This document shows positions 34,155 to 47,742 of a stretch of 64,000 nt of DNA, in pieces. The first letter of the stretch is position 1; every line of letters starts with the position of its first letter. The notes beneath the pieces were generated by a model. It was not told the DNA's origin. It made no database searches and was given only the letters and a program-made list of their open reading frames with translations. The position numbers were made by a program, and so were the translations under genes. The stretch lies in NCBI GenBank assembly GCA_035292685.1, contig DATDPP010000040.1, forward strand, positions 65,398-129,397. The letters are read 5' to 3'. Origin of the DNA: Acidimicrobiia bacterium. GTDB lineage: Bacteria; Actinomycetota; Acidimicrobiia; Spongiisociales; ZC4RG35.

Positions 34155-35617
34155 GAGGCAACCTCTTGCAGGGTGGGTGCCAGCTCGAATCCGGCAAATC
34201 GCTCCACCTCGGCAGCCACCTGGTACATGACCTCTTCCCCGAGCGGGGGCGCCATCACCTGGAATCCGATCGGGAGTCCCTGGCTGTCGAGCCCCACGGG
34301 AACCGAGATCGCCGGATGCCCGGCCAGGTTGGAAGGGATGGTGCAGATGTCGGACAGATACATGGCAAGTGGATTGGCGGTGCGCTCCCCCGCGGCGAAG
34401 GCCACGGTCGGGCTCGTTGGTGAGACCAGCACGTCGACCTGCTGGTAGGCCCGCGTGAAGTCTTCCTGAATCGCGGCCCGCACCCTTTGTGCCTGGCCGT
34501 AGAAGGCTTCGTAGTAGCCGGCGGACAGGGCATACGTGCCGAGGAGGATACGTCTCGTGACTTCAGGCCCGAATCCCTCCGCTCGGGTTCGTGACATCAG
34601 GCCCTCGGTGGTCGACCCTTGCCCCCGGTGCCCGTACCGAATCCCGTCGAATCGAGCCAGATTGGCCGAACATTCGGCGGGCGCGATCAGATAATAGGCG
34701 GACAGGGCTATCTCGAAGGACGGCAATGACACCTCGACGACCTCGACCCCGGCACCCTCGAGCCGGGAGACCATCTCACCCATAGCCGACTCCACTGCAG
34801 GCTCGTATCCCTCCCCTGACAGCTCCTTCACAACCCCGACCCGCAGACCGGCCACGCCCCGGTCCAGTCCCGCTTTGGGATCTGGGTAGTCACCCGAGTA
34901 CGACGTGGCATCGAGCGGGTCATGACCCCAGATGACCTCGAGGGTGAGCGCCGAGTCCTCGACGGTTCGGGTCAGGGGCCCGATCTGGTCCAGTGAGGAA
35001 GCGAATGCGATCAGGCCATATCTACTGACGGTCCCATAAGTGGGCTTCATCCCCACGACGCCGCACAGGGCGGCCGGCTGGCGAATCGAGCCACCGGTGT
35101 CGGAGCCCAGGGCTGCGACGGAGGACCCGACCGCGACCGCTGCTGCCGACCCGCCCGAGGAGCCACCGGGCACGCGGGTTATGTCCCAGGGGTTGAAGGT
35201 GGGGCCATATGCCGAGTTCTCGGTGGATGAGCCCATGGCGAACTCGTCGAGATTGGTCTTGCCCACCACGACCGCACCCCCTTCACCCAGCCTGGAGACG
35301 ACCGTTGCGTCATATGGAGGGCGATATCCGGCGAGGATCTGGGAGGCGGCGGTGGTCTCCACCCCGCGGGTGCACATGTTGTCTTTGAGAGCGATCGGGA
35401 TGCCGTGCAACGGTCCGCGATCGATCCCGTCTGCAAGGTCGGCATCGGCCCGGGCGGCCGTCTCGAGGGCCCGCTCCCGGTCAATCGTCAGAAAGGCGTG
35501 GATCTGCGCCTCGCAGTTTGCTGCGCGCTGCAGGGCACCTTCCAGAAGCCGGACTGCGGTGGTCTCGCCATCCCGGAGCCAGCGCCCCGCTTCGACCACA
35601 CTGGGCATCGGGCTCAT
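34151..35617 (-). CDS. gatA: Asp-tRNA(Asn)/Glu-tRNA(Gln) amidotransferase subunit A
   Basis: 488 aa with the amidase signature [12 protein letters not shown]. Sits in gatC-gatA-gatB order. Confidence 0.95.
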   Translation of the reverse strand: MSPMPSVVEAGRWLRDGETTAVRLLEGALQRAANCEAQIHAFLTIDRERALETAARADADLADGIDRGPLHGIPIALKDNMCTRGVETTAASQILAGYRPPYDATVVSRLGEGGAVVVGKTNLDEFAMGSSTENSAYGPTFNPWDITRVPGGSSGGSAAAVAVGSSVAALGSDTGGSIRQPAALCGVVGMKPTYGTVSRYGLIAFASSLDQIGPLTRTVEDSALTLEVIWGHDPLDATSYSGDYPDPKAGLDRGVAGLRVGVVKELSGEGYEPAVESAMGEMVSRLEGAGVEVVEVSLPSFEIALSAYYLIAPAECSANLARFDGIRYGHRGQGSTTEGLMSRTRAEGFGPEVTRRILLGTYALSAGYYEAFYGQAQRVRAAIQEDFTRAYQQVDVLVSPTSPTVAFAAGERTANPLAMYLSDICTIPSNLAGHPAISVPVGLDSQGLPIGFQVMAPPLGEEVMYQVAAEVERFAGFELAPTLQEVAS

Positions 35618-35904
35618 TCGCCCTCCATTGCCGGGGGAACCACGAAGTACCCCTCAGCCGTCTCGGGTGCCGCAGCCAGGACCTCGTCGCGGTCCAAAGA
35701 GGGTAGGACCACGTCGTCACGAAAACTGTTGAACAGACCAAGCGGATGGGCGTTTTCGGCATGCGGCTCGGCATCGAGAGACTGAACCCGGGCCGCGTGC
35801 TCGAGGATCAGCCCGAGCTGGTCCTTGTAGCCCTCGAGCTCCTCGGCGCTGAGATCGAGCCGCGCCAGGCGCGCAACGTGTTCGATGTCGATTTCGACGG
35901 GCAT
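35614..35904 (-). CDS. gatC: Asp-tRNA(Asn)/Glu-tRNA(Gln) amidotransferase subunit C
   Basis: 96 aa. [24 protein letters not shown]. 4-nt overlap with gatA. Confidence 0.9.
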   Translation of the reverse strand: MPVEIDIEHVARLARLDLSAEELEGYKDQLGLILEHAARVQSLDAEPHAENAHPLGLFNSFRDDVVLPSLDRDEVLAAAPETAEGYFVVPPAMEGE

Positions 35905-35926
35905 GGTGCGGGAGTTTAGGAAGCAG

Positions 35927-36949
35927 TCACTCGAGCACTGCCGACAACGAATCGAAGGCCCAGGTCAGATCCTCGATCCGGACCGACTCCCCGGGTTTGT
36001 GGGCGAGGGTCGGCTCGCCGGGTCCGAAGTTGATGGAGGGAATCCCGGCCTCGGACAGCTGGGCGACGTCGGTCCACCCCTGCTTGCCTGAGATCGGGGC
36101 CGCCGCAACCTCGGCCAATCTCTGGAATAGCGGATGCTCGACGGCCACCGCCCCAGCCGGGGCCGAGTCGGTGACGAGAAAGCGGTCACCTGCCGAGCAC
36201 ACCTCCCCCATCCGTTCGATGGCCTCGTCCCGGGAACGGTCCGGGGCAAATCGATAGTTGACGTTGAGCCGGAACTCCGCAGGGATGATGTTCTTGGCCA
36301 CACCGCCGCTGGCGGTCGTCACCGAGATCACCTCCCTGAACTCGAGACCGCCCACCACGTGGAGCTCGGGCTCCAAAGCGCGCATTCGGGTCAGGAACTC
36401 CCCAGCTTTGGTTATGGCGTTGTCACCCAGCCACGGCCGGGCTGAATGGGCAGCCTCGCCCTCGAATGTCACCTCGGCGTTGATCACACCCTGACAACCG
36501 GCCTCGATCCCCCGGTCGGTCGGCTCCAGCACGACCGCAGCCGACGCGGTCCGCACCCAGGGAGCAGCCTGGAGGACCATCCCCAGCTGATTCCCGGCGA
36601 GTGGGCCCTCCTCCCCGGCGTAGAAGACGCCAACGACCCGATCCGGGCCGAGTGACTCGACAAGATGGATCATCACCGCCAACCCGCTCTTCATGTCGGT
36701 GGCGCCGAGACCGTGGACCCTGTCCCCCTCGACCGTCGACCCGATGTGACCTTGAAGGGGGACGGTGTCGAGATGGCCCACCAGGAGGACCGCCTGGTCC
36801 CGGGGTTGGCCGACAACCAGGGAGTCGGCAACAACCTGTGATGGCATTCCTTCGAGACGTTGTGCAATGGCGTCGCGCAGCCGGGTCTCGTCGCCGGTCA
36901 CGGACGGGATGTCGACGAGCCAACAGAGGGTCTCGACGAGGTCGGTCAC
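35927..36949 (-). CDS. dapE: Succinyl-diaminopimelate desuccinylase (M20 peptidase family)
   Basis: Start trimmed to GTG 36949, which overlaps the dapD stop (GTGA). LVGHLDTVP, GATDMKSG, AGEEG metal-ligand motifs. Confidence 0.8.
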   Translation of the reverse strand: MTDLVETLCWLVDIPSVTGDETRLRDAIAQRLEGMPSQVVADSLVVGQPRDQAVLLVGHLDTVPLQGHIGSTVEGDRVHGLGATDMKSGLAVMIHLVESLGPDRVVGVFYAGEEGPLAGNQLGMVLQAAPWVRTASAAVVLEPTDRGIEAGCQGVINAEVTFEGEAAHSARPWLGDNAITKAGEFLTRMRALEPELHVVGGLEFREVISVTTASGGVAKNIIPAEFRLNVNYRFAPDRSRDEAIERMGEVCSAGDRFLVTDSAPAGAVAVEHPLFQRLAEVAAAPISGKQGWTDVAQLSEAGIPSINFGPGEPTLAHKPGESVRIEDLTWAFDSLSAVLE

Positions 36950-37752
36950 AGCTGGACGCCGAGATCCCGAAGGTCTTCGTTGAGGGCGGTCTTCTGGTCG
37001 GTGGCCTCGGTTCTCCGTCCGATGATCAGGGCGCATATCAGGTCATAGGTGCCACTGGGAAACTCCTTGGGGCGGGTTCCGGGCACCACCACCGAGCCGG
37101 CGGGGACCCTCCCCCTGTGCTCCACCGGCTCCGGCCCGGTCACATCGATGATGGGTGTCGATCCGGTGAGCACCGTGTTGGCGCCGAGAACGGCGCCTTC
37201 TTCAACGATCACACCCTCGACGACGATCGACCGACTCCCGATGAATGCCCCGTCTTCGATGATGACCGGGCGTGCGCTTGGAGGTTCGAGCACGCCACCG
37301 ATTCCCACGCCGCCCGAGAGGTGGACTCCCTTGCCGATCTGGGCACAGGAGCCGACGGTGGCCCAGGTATCGACCATCGTGCCGGCGCCGACATAGGCGC
37401 CGATGTTCACGTAACCCGGCATCACGATGACACCGGGCTCGCAAAAAGCGCCGTAGCGGACGGTCCCGGGCGGCACCACCCGCACACCTTGTGCCGCCAG
37501 CCCTTTCTTGAGGGGGATCTTGTCGTAATACTCGTAGCCGCCTACCTCGACCGTCTCCATCTCCCGAAGCCGGAAGTAGAGGAGGATCGCCTCCTTCAGC
37601 CACTCGTTGACCACCCACCCCGCCTCGGTCTTCTCGGCGACACGGGCCTCGCCCCGGTCGAGGGAGAGAATGGCCCCTTCCACAGCCTCGCGGGCGGTCT
37701 CGATTTCGACGGCGCCGGCGAAGGCCGACCTGATCAATTCTTGGTCCGACAA
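36946..37752 (-). CDS. dapD: 2,3,4,5-tetrahydropyridine-2,6-dicarboxylate N-succinyltransferase
   Basis: 268 aa with hexapeptide-repeat left-handed beta-helix sequence (GAYVGAGTMVDTWATVGSCAQIGKGVHLSGGVGIGG). N-terminal domain has WLKEAILLYFR. Confidence 0.85.
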   Translation of the reverse strand: MSDQELIRSAFAGAVEIETAREAVEGAILSLDRGEARVAEKTEAGWVVNEWLKEAILLYFRLREMETVEVGGYEYYDKIPLKKGLAAQGVRVVPPGTVRYGAFCEPGVIVMPGYVNIGAYVGAGTMVDTWATVGSCAQIGKGVHLSGGVGIGGVLEPPSARPVIIEDGAFIGSRSIVVEGVIVEEGAVLGANTVLTGSTPIIDVTGPEPVEHRGRVPAGSVVVPGTRPKEFPSGTYDLICALIIGRRTEATDQKTALNEDLRDLGVQL

Positions 37753-37818
37753 ACCTCGATCACCTCACAACGGTGTCCCGACGGCAGGGTAACTGCGCAC
37801 AGCTACGGTGCCCGTGGC

Positions 37819-38208
37819 ATGTCCTATCGTCTCATCTACCTTGGGCTGGGGTTGGTGGCGGTCGCCGCCATCGCCTTCGGCATCGTTTTCGCCACCGAGG
37901 GCGAGGAGATCGTGCTCCCGGGGCCGATCGAATCGGTCTCCCCGGAGCCGGGGAGCCTGGTGCCACGGCAGGCTTCGATCGAGGTCGACCTCGAAGTCGG
38001 CTACACCGCAGACATCTACGTGGACGGATGGCTGATGTCCGACACCACGTTTGTCGAGGGAACCGGGGTCTATCGATGGGCGCCGAGCCCGAGCAACCCG
38101 ACAATCAACGAATGGACTCCCGGGGAGCACACGATCCGGGTGGTCTATGACACGGTCAACGGCCTCCCCGACCCCGGTGAATTCTCCTGGTCGTTCCGGG
38201 TGGGATGA
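37819..38208 (+). CDS. Small membrane-anchored protein, unknown function
   Basis: This is the C-terminal 129 codons of track ORF 36601-38208, whose upstream part is a shadow frame antisense to dapD. ATG 37819, one TM helix (LIYLGLGLVAVAAIAFGIVF), then a beta-rich domain. Confidence 0.5.
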   Translation: MSYRLIYLGLGLVAVAAIAFGIVFATEGEEIVLPGPIESVSPEPGSLVPRQASIEVDLEVGYTADIYVDGWLMSDTTFVEGTGVYRWAPSPSNPTINEWTPGEHTIRVVYDTVNGLPDPGEFSWSFRVG

Positions 38209-38233
38209 GCCAGGCCTGAGCGCCGGCAGAACC

Positions 38234-41332
<3,099 letters not shown>

Positions 41333-41336
<4 letters not shown>

Positions 41337-42466
41337 CGCAGCTTTCCCACCAGGTCGGTCACGATCTCGGCCGCTTCCTCGGCTTCCTCGATGGTGCTGG
41401 GCCAGCCGAAACTGAAACGGATGCTCTCCCGGGCCTGATTGGGGGTCAGCCCCATCGCCTCCAAGACGTGGGAAACCTCCGAGGCCCCGGACTGACATGC
41501 CGATCCGGCCGAGGCCGCCACCCCGGCCAGGTCCATTCGGACCAACAGGGTCTCGTTGAGCACCCCGGGGAACCGGACGTTGAGATGATGCGGGGAACGC
41601 CGATGCTCGGGGGTGTTGACCACCAGACCCTCGACTCCGACCGTCAGCCTCTTTTCGAAATCGTCCCGAATCTGGCCGACGCGGTGACAGAAGCCCTCCC
41701 GATCATCCAATGACATCTCCATCGCCATAGCCATCCCCACGGCCCCGCCCACGTCGTGGGTGCCGGAGCGACGACCCAACTCCTGGCCTCCACCGTGTTG
41801 CACGGGCTCGAGAACGGCCCCCTCACGGACATAGAGGATGCCCACGCCCTTAGGGCCACCAAACTTGTGGGCGGCCAGTGACATCAGATCGACACCCAGA
41901 GCCGCGACATCGATGGGCTCGGAGCAAAACGCCTGGACCGCGTCGGTGTGCACCAGTACTTCGGGATCCTTGGTTTTCACTGCCTCCACAATCCGCGCCA
42001 CATCCTGAATCGCCCCGGTCTCGTTGTTGAGAAGCATCACCGACACGACGGCGGTTCCCTCGTCCACGACGGACGCCAACTCATCGAGATCGACCCGCCC
42101 CCCGGAGTCGACGCCGAGCACCGTCACTGGCATGCCCAGGCGTCTCAGGAAGTCCGCCGTTTCCAGGACCGCCTCGTGCTCGGTGGCCGCCGTGACCACG
42201 CCCCGCCGCGGTCCACCGTTGAACACTGCCCCCTTGATGGCGAGATTGTCCGACTCGGTGCCACCAGAAGTGAGAACGATCTCCAGGGTGCCGGCGCCGA
42301 TGGCGGCAGCAATCGACTCCCGGGCCCCCTCCAGGGCGTTCTTGGCGCGTCGGGACACCCGATGGATCCCCGATGAGTTGCCGAATTCGACGTCGGTGTA
42401 GGGGGCCATGGCATCCCAAACCCCGGGACGCATCGGTGTTGTGGCGGCGTGGTCGAGATAGATCAC
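41333..42466 (-). CDS. iscS: Cysteine desulfurase (NifS/IscS class V aminotransferase)
   Basis: 377 aa. MIYLDHAATTP, PLP-Lys region SLAAHKFGGPKG, catalytic loop SAGSACQSG. Adjacent to mnmA, as in mycobacteria. Confidence 0.9.
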
Positions 42467-42522
42467 AACCTGGATTGTCGCAGGATGCGAGGTCTGTTCG
42501 AGCTAGGAATAGCCTCGACCCG

Positions 42523-42966
42523 GTGCGACCCATTCAACTCGTCATCGTGATCCCGGCCCCGCCCGATCGGGTTTGGGCAGTACTTGCCGACCTCGGCTCA
42601 CACCACGAGTGGATGGCTGACGCCGGTGAGATCCGATTCGACGGGCCACAGAGGACCGGTGTCGGCACCCGGATGAGGGTCCCGACCCGGGTCGGGCCGT
42701 TTCGCACCACCGACTTGATGACGGTCGTCGAATGGGATGAGGGCACCGCAATCTCTGTGGACCATGTGGGGGCGGTGTCTGGCTCCGGCCGGTTTCACCT
42801 GGAGCAGCAGGGTGAAGGGACCCGTCTCACCTGGTCCGAGTGGCTTCGATTCCCCTGGTGGATGGGAGGCAAGGCCGGGGCCTGGCTGGCCACCCCGATC
42901 TTGAAACGTATCTGGCGGGACAACCTGGCCCGGCTCGCGGCTCGGGCGGCGGTCAGCGACCCTTGA
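42523..42966 (+). CDS. SRPBCC-family (polyketide cyclase/dehydrase-like) protein
   Basis: Start set to in-frame GTG 42523 (VRPIQLVIVIPAPPDRVWAVLADLGSHHEW). The upstream part of the track ORF is antisense to iscS. The 3' end overlaps the convergent gene by 14 nt. Confidence 0.65.
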   Translation: MRPIQLVIVIPAPPDRVWAVLADLGSHHEWMADAGEIRFDGPQRTGVGTRMRVPTRVGPFRTTDLMTVVEWDEGTAISVDHVGAVSGSGRFHLEQQGEGTRLTWSEWLRFPWWMGGKAGAWLATPILKRIWRDNLARLAARAAVSDP

Positions 42967-43720
42967 ACTCGGGCGGTCTCTTCTCGATGAAGGCGGCCAC
43001 CCCTTCCCGGGCGTCCTCGGACCCGAAAGCGACCTGAAACGCATCGCGCTCCATCAGAAGCCCTTCTTCGACGGGAAGGCCGAACCCGCGATTCAGGGCC
43101 ATCTTGGCGGCAGCGATGGCTCGGGTGGCCTTTCCGGCCAACTCGGCGGCGTCGGCCAGGGCCAGCCCGAGAATGTCCTCTGGAGCCGCCACCTTGTCGG
43201 CGAGGCGGATGGCGAGGGCCTCCTCCGCTCCCACTTGTCGGCCGCTGAGCACCATCTCCTTGGCTCGTTGATAGCCGACGAGTCGGGGCAGGCGCTGGGT
43301 CCCTCCTGCTCCGGGGATGATCCCGAGCAGGATTTCGGGCTGACCGACTCTGGCGTCGTCGGCTAGGTAACGAAAGTCGGCGCCCATTGCCAGCTCCAAG
43401 CCGCCACCGAGGGCATACCCGTGGACCGCGGCGATGGTCGGCTTCTCCAGACCCTCCAGGGCGGCGATTGCCTCTTGGAGTGTCCAGGCCGTCCGCTCCT
43501 GGGCCCCGGCGTCGAAGGCGGCCTGAAAGCCCTTGATGTCGGCCCCGGCGGCGAAGTGGGGATGGCCCGTGACCACCACCGCCCTGATCTCGGGGTCGAC
43601 ACAGGCCGCGAACGCCTGTTTCAGCTCGCCGGCGACCTGTTCGGAGAGGGCATTGACCGGGGGCCGGTCGAGACGCACCAGAGCCACCGCACCGTCGATG
43701 GTCACCTGCACGTGTTCCAT
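42953..43720 (-). CDS. Enoyl-CoA hydratase/isomerase (crotonase) family
   Basis: 255 aa. VVVTGHPHFAAGADIKG, AAVHGYALGGGLELAM. Confidence 0.9.
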   Translation of the reverse strand: MEHVQVTIDGAVALVRLDRPPVNALSEQVAGELKQAFAACVDPEIRAVVVTGHPHFAAGADIKGFQAAFDAGAQERTAWTLQEAIAALEGLEKPTIAAVHGYALGGGLELAMGADFRYLADDARVGQPEILLGIIPGAGGTQRLPRLVGYQRAKEMVLSGRQVGAEEALAIRLADKVAAPEDILGLALADAAELAGKATRAIAAAKMALNRGFGLPVEEGLLMERDAFQVAFGSEDAREGVAAFIEKRPPEFKGR

Positions 43721-43738
43721 GAGTCGAGGCTATACGTA

Positions 43739-44338
43739 TTAGCGGTCGGCCCAGGCGAAGTTCGCAATCGGGGGGTCACCGCCGGTCGAAGAACCGGTGA
43801 CAACGAAACCACATTCCTCGAGCGTTGAAGACACGTCTGCGGGGCGGATTGCCCGCGAACGGCTCCTATAGGAGCCGATGATGATGCGCCCTCCCGGGGT
43901 CACCCACCTCGCCAGCCGTCCCAACCAGGCGCAGGCGAGGTGATCGGGGGCGAGATCGAGCAGGCTGTAAACGAAGTCCCAGGTCCGCATTGGGTCCCAG
44001 TCCCAGGCATCAACCGCTTCGAAGATGGCAGTCTGCCCCTTGAATCGGCGACGAGCTAGTTCGATCAAATCCGGGCCGATATCCACTCCATAAGCGACTA
44101 CCACATGGCCCTTCTCGGCCGACCACGCCACTACATCCTTGGCGAGCAGCCCATTGGCGCAACCAACATCGAGGAAGTCGCCGTCGTGATCTATGGCGTC
44201 GACCAGAGGCGACCTCTCTGTCACCCAGCACTCGCGGCCACCGGAGAACCCGGACTGCACGATCGGGTCCCGACTGGCCAGGTAGGCGCCTTGCAACGAC
44301 TGCATCTCCTCGATGAACGTGGGATCGGGGCGATTCAC
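43739..44338 (-). CDS. Class I SAM-dependent methyltransferase
   Basis: 199 aa with motif I DFLDVGCANGLLA. Confidence 0.7.
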   Translation of the reverse strand: MNRPDPTFIEEMQSLQGAYLASRDPIVQSGFSGGRECWVTERSPLVDAIDHDGDFLDVGCANGLLAKDVVAWSAEKGHVVVAYGVDIGPDLIELARRRFKGQTAIFEAVDAWDWDPMRTWDFVYSLLDLAPDHLACAWLGRLARWVTPGGRIIIGSYRSRSRAIRPADVSSTLEECGFVVTGSSTGGDPPIANFAWADR

Positions 44339-44387
44339 TCGATCATTCTCGTCGGTGTCGTTGGCGCGGTGGCGGGGGCGGCTGCCC

Positions 44388-45623
44388 CTAGGTTCGGATG
44401 AGTTCTCGGACTCGGGGATCCAGTCCGGGTCGGACCGGTGGATAAACCTGACCGTTCGGATTTCTGAAGATCAGTTTGCCATCGGGGTCACCTTCGATCG
44501 TCCAGCCGTGCTCGTGTAGGAACCGGTGGTGGAACCCGCATAACAAGACCAGATTCTCCAGGTCGGTGGACCCCCCGTCGGCCCAGTGTTTGCGGTGGTG
44601 GGCGTGTACCCAACCCTGATGGGGACATCCCGGGAACCGACAACCCGCATCCCGATACCAGAGTTGACGTCGTAGCCAGCCGGGAATGGTCCGGGTCAAC
44701 CGTCCCACCCCCAACACCCGACAGTCGTCGTAGACCGCGGTTTCCACGATCGCATCACAGGCCAACCGGCGTGCCGTCTCGTTGGCCAAAACCGGCCCGG
44801 CTTCTAGTTCGGCAACACCAGTGGTTTCTGACGTGGAGGTGAGGGCTTCGAGGTCGGCATGGACCGTGATCTGAACACTCGGTGAGCTTTGGTTACCACT
44901 GGTGGCGCAGAGTTCGACCAGCCCATCGGCGAGCCGGGTCGAATAATCGTCGAAGAGCCCGGTTTCGGGGTTGGGACCAAACCGGTCCGCCCGCGACCTG
45001 ACCGCCACTTCCACCAGTTTGCCTTCCGCACCAGGCAGGTTCCCGTGCAGGTTGAGTTCGGACAGGTCCAGATTCCACTGCAACCCCAGCCGACGCCTCT
45101 CCCACACCGAACGCTCATCCCCAACACTCGGAGGGTTTGCTCTCCTGGCGGCACGATCCAGGGCCGCGCTCGACAACCCCAGAGCCTCCTCGATCAGCTC
45201 CCCCTCTGACTCGGGGGTGGCCATCCGGGAGATGGCGTCCACCTGATCCAAAGACAATTCCCCCGCAGAGAACCTTTCCCGAAGCAAAGGAAGATCCTGC
45301 AACCTTCGGGCCACCCCCACCAATTGAAACGCAGTCGAATGACGCAACCCGAACCGGGCCGAAACCCACTGCACCAGATCGGGGGCACCATCCGCCAGAA
45401 ACTGTTGACGGTGATCCGCCACCATCAACCAGTCGCAAATCTCAGCCAAGAAAGCCTGCGAACCGGCAAACAGGTGGGACAACACCTGGTCCACGTCATC
45501 ATTGGAAAACGTCTCCCACTCCACACCCCGAACATACGTTCCCCCAGTGACAGATACCAGAGGTTCGTCACCAGAAATCAAAAAATCTTCAGAAGCCGCG
45601 CTGCCAGGCCCGCTCCAGGTCAT
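44388..45623 (-). CDS. HNH endonuclease with DUF222 N-terminal domain (13E12-repeat-type protein)
   Basis: C-terminal CRFPGCPHQGWVHAHHRKHWADGGSTDLENLVLLCGFHHRFLHEHGW and an N-terminal DUF222-like helical region. The start is uncertain: ATG 45674, ATG 45623, TTG 45581 and a later GTG are all in frame. The first two overlap the padR 3' end. Confidence 0.75.
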   Translation of the reverse strand: MTWSGPGSAASEDFLISGDEPLVSVTGGTYVRGVEWETFSNDDVDQVLSHLFAGSQAFLAEICDWLMVADHRQQFLADGAPDLVQWVSARFGLRHSTAFQLVGVARRLQDLPLLRERFSAGELSLDQVDAISRMATPESEGELIEEALGLSSAALDRAARRANPPSVGDERSVWERRRLGLQWNLDLSELNLHGNLPGAEGKLVEVAVRSRADRFGPNPETGLFDDYSTRLADGLVELCATSGNQSSPSVQITVHADLEALTSTSETTGVAELEAGPVLANETARRLACDAIVETAVYDDCRVLGVGRLTRTIPGWLRRQLWYRDAGCRFPGCPHQGWVHAHHRKHWADGGSTDLENLVLLCGFHHRFLHEHGWTIEGDPDGKLIFRNPNGQVYPPVRPGLDPRVRELIRT

Positions 45624-46116
45624 CGAGAAACCCAGCCGCCGCCAGGGCGTTGTGACGACGCCACAACTCGACATGGTTCGGCTCCGCTCCCCCCGGGGCC
45701 TCCAACGCCGCCAGCGTGGGATGCAGTGCCGCCTTCTGGGCGGAGATCAACGCCAGTGGTGATCGGCCGGCACGTTGCAGGAGGGTGAGCTTGAGCAAAA
45801 ACTCGATTCTCATCTCACGCACGTGTTGCACCGGTTGCCGCAGCCATCGGTTGAGACGTCGTCGGCCGTTGGGGGTGATCCGGTGGATGATCCTCTGCGG
45901 CCCGGCATCACCCGGTTCGGCGTGGATCGGCTCGGTGAGACGGGCAACGGCGAGACGGTCCAGTGCGCGGTAGATCAGGGGGCGCCTAACCGTGATCACA
46001 CGCCCCACCTCGCCTTCGGGGGCAAACAACCTGGCGATGGCGAATCCGTGACTCGGGCCCTCGTCGAGTATCCCGAGGACGGCGTATTCGGTTACGGAGA
46101 GATGGGACGGGGGCAT
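45589..46116 (-). CDS. PadR-family transcriptional regulator
   Basis: 175 aa. TEYAVLGILDEGPSHGFAIARLF and RPLIYRALDRL wHTH. Confidence 0.85.
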   Translation of the reverse strand: MPPSHLSVTEYAVLGILDEGPSHGFAIARLFAPEGEVGRVITVRRPLIYRALDRLAVARLTEPIHAEPGDAGPQRIIHRITPNGRRRLNRWLRQPVQHVREMRIEFLLKLTLLQRAGRSPLALISAQKAALHPTLAALEAPGGAEPNHVELWRRHNALAAAGFLDDLERAWQRGF

Positions 46117-46210
46117 GTCGATCCGAACCGGGTATCCTTATCGGCTACTAGTCGCATTGAGACTATCGCGGAGGTGGACACTGACAAGGTTTCGCCGGAT
46201 CACGCCTCTC

Positions 46211-46939
46211 ATGGCGTTTGCCGTCGTCCTCGCCGGCTGTTCGGGGGCCGGTGATAAGAGCGTCGATGGAGAGGTCCTGGTATCGGCCGCGGCCTCGTTG
46301 ACCAACGCCTTCGGCGCCATCGAAGTTGCGTTCGAGGAGGCCAACCCGGGAGTGGACGTGGTGCTCAACCTGGGATCCAGCTCTGGCCTCCGGGAGCAGA
46401 TCCTGGAGGGCGCCCCAGTGGATGTGTTCGCTTCGGCCAACACCTCAAACATGGATCAGGTGGTGGAGGCGGGGCAAACCGGGGGCCAAGCCCGGGTATT
46501 CGCCAGGAATTCACTGCAGATCGCGGTCCCGACGGACAATCCGGCCGGTGTCATCGGTCTGGCCGACTTCGCCAGCGAAGAGCTGTTGGTCGGCCTCTGC
46601 GCCGAAGGGGTCCCGTGTGGCGACCTTGGCCGCCAGGTGCTGGAGAAGGCCGGAATCACCCCGTCGATCGACAGCAACGAGCCCGACGTCCGCGCCTTGC
46701 TCACCAAGATCGAAGCCGGTGAGCTCGATGCCGGGCTCGTCTATGTGACCGATCTCATCTCGACCGAAGGCGGGGTGGAGGGTGTTGAGATCCCCCAGAG
46801 CCAAAACCTGGCGACCGGATACCCGATTGCAGTCCTGGCGAACGCCCCCAACCCTGACGGCGCCAGGGCCTTCGTCGATTTCGTCGTCTCCGACCAGGGT
46901 CAGGCGATCATGAGCGAGTACGGGTTCATCGCCCCTTGA
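46211..46939 (+). CDS. modA: Molybdate ABC transporter substrate-binding lipoprotein
   Basis: Start set to ATG 46211 (MAFAVVLAGCSG lipobox). Track start 46115 would overlap the divergent padR start codon (CATG 46114-46117). VSAAASLTNAF and GLVYVTD motifs. Confidence 0.8.
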   Translation: MAFAVVLAGCSGAGDKSVDGEVLVSAAASLTNAFGAIEVAFEEANPGVDVVLNLGSSSGLREQILEGAPVDVFASANTSNMDQVVEAGQTGGQARVFARNSLQIAVPTDNPAGVIGLADFASEELLVGLCAEGVPCGDLGRQVLEKAGITPSIDSNEPDVRALLTKIEAGELDAGLVYVTDLISTEGGVEGVEIPQSQNLATGYPIAVLANAPNPDGARAFVDFVVSDQGQAIMSEYGFIAP

Positions 46940-47742
46940 ACGAGGTCACAGCACGCCGGGGCCGACGCCAACCCCCGCTTCTGGTGCTCGCCCTGGCGAT
47001 CATCGGCCTTTCGGTCTTCGTGATTCCCCTGCTCGGGTTGCTGTCCAGGGTCCCGTGGGGGGATCTGGGCGAGTTGGTCTCGAGCGATCTGGTGATCGAC
47101 GCCCTCAGGTTGTCCCTCCTCAGCTCGTTGGCTGCCACCGCCATCTCGACGTTGTTGGGAGTTCCGCTGGCCTGGGTGATGGCTCGCACCGAGTTCCGGG
47201 GGCGATCGATAGTGCGCGCTCTGATCATGCTTCCCCTCGTGCTTCCACCAGTCGTCGGCGGGGCGGCACTCCTCTTCGCCCTCGGACGTCGCGGGTTGCT
47301 GGGCGAGCCGCTGAACCAGGCCACGGGGCTGGTCCTGCCCTATTCCGCCTGGGGAGTAGTGCTCGCCACCACATTCGTGGCGATGCCATTCCTGGTGATC
47401 ACCGTGGAGGGAGCCCTGCGCAACCTGGATCCCCGCTTCGAGGGAGCCGCCTCCACTCTCGGTGCCGGGAGATGGAGCGTGATGCGACGGGTCACCCTGC
47501 CCATGATCGGGCCCTCCCTATTGGCCGGGCTCGTCCTCACCTGGGCCAGGGCATTCGGCGAGTTCGGGGCGACCATCACCTTTGCCGGCAACCTGCAGGG
47601 AAAAACCCAGACCCTGCCCCTGGCGGTGTTCGTCGCCCTGGAAAGCAACCGGGACGCGGCGGTGGCCATCAGCCTGGTCATGGTGGTGATCTCCCTCGCT
47701 GTCCTGATCGCCCTCCGCGACCGATGGTGGAGGGCGTGGTGA
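46936..47742 (+). CDS. modB: Molybdate ABC transporter permease
   Basis: 268 aa with about 5 TM segments and an EAA-like loop (EGAASTLGAGRWSVMRRVTLP). 4-nt overlap with modA. Confidence 0.85.
   Translation: MNEVTARRGRRQPPLLVLALAIIGLSVFVIPLLGLLSRVPWGDLGELVSSDLVIDALRLSLLSSLAATAISTLLGVPLAWVMARTEFRGRSIVRALIMLPLVLPPVVGGAALLFALGRRGLLGEPLNQATGLVLPYSAWGVVLATTFVAMPFLVITVEGALRNLDPRFEGAASTLGAGRWSVMRRVTLPMIGPSLLAGLVLTWARAFGEFGATITFAGNLQGKTQTLPLAVFVALESNRDAAVAISLVMVVISLAVLIALRDRWWRAW

Noticed and set aside
46117-46210. Possible molybdenum-cofactor riboswitch or ModE operator upstream of modA.
   Set aside because: The spacer is only about 95 nt, shorter than a Moco riboswitch. I could not find the conserved Moco motif elements or an E. 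coli-like ModE site. Only a weak ACTAGT-centred palindrome is present, possibly a PadR site.
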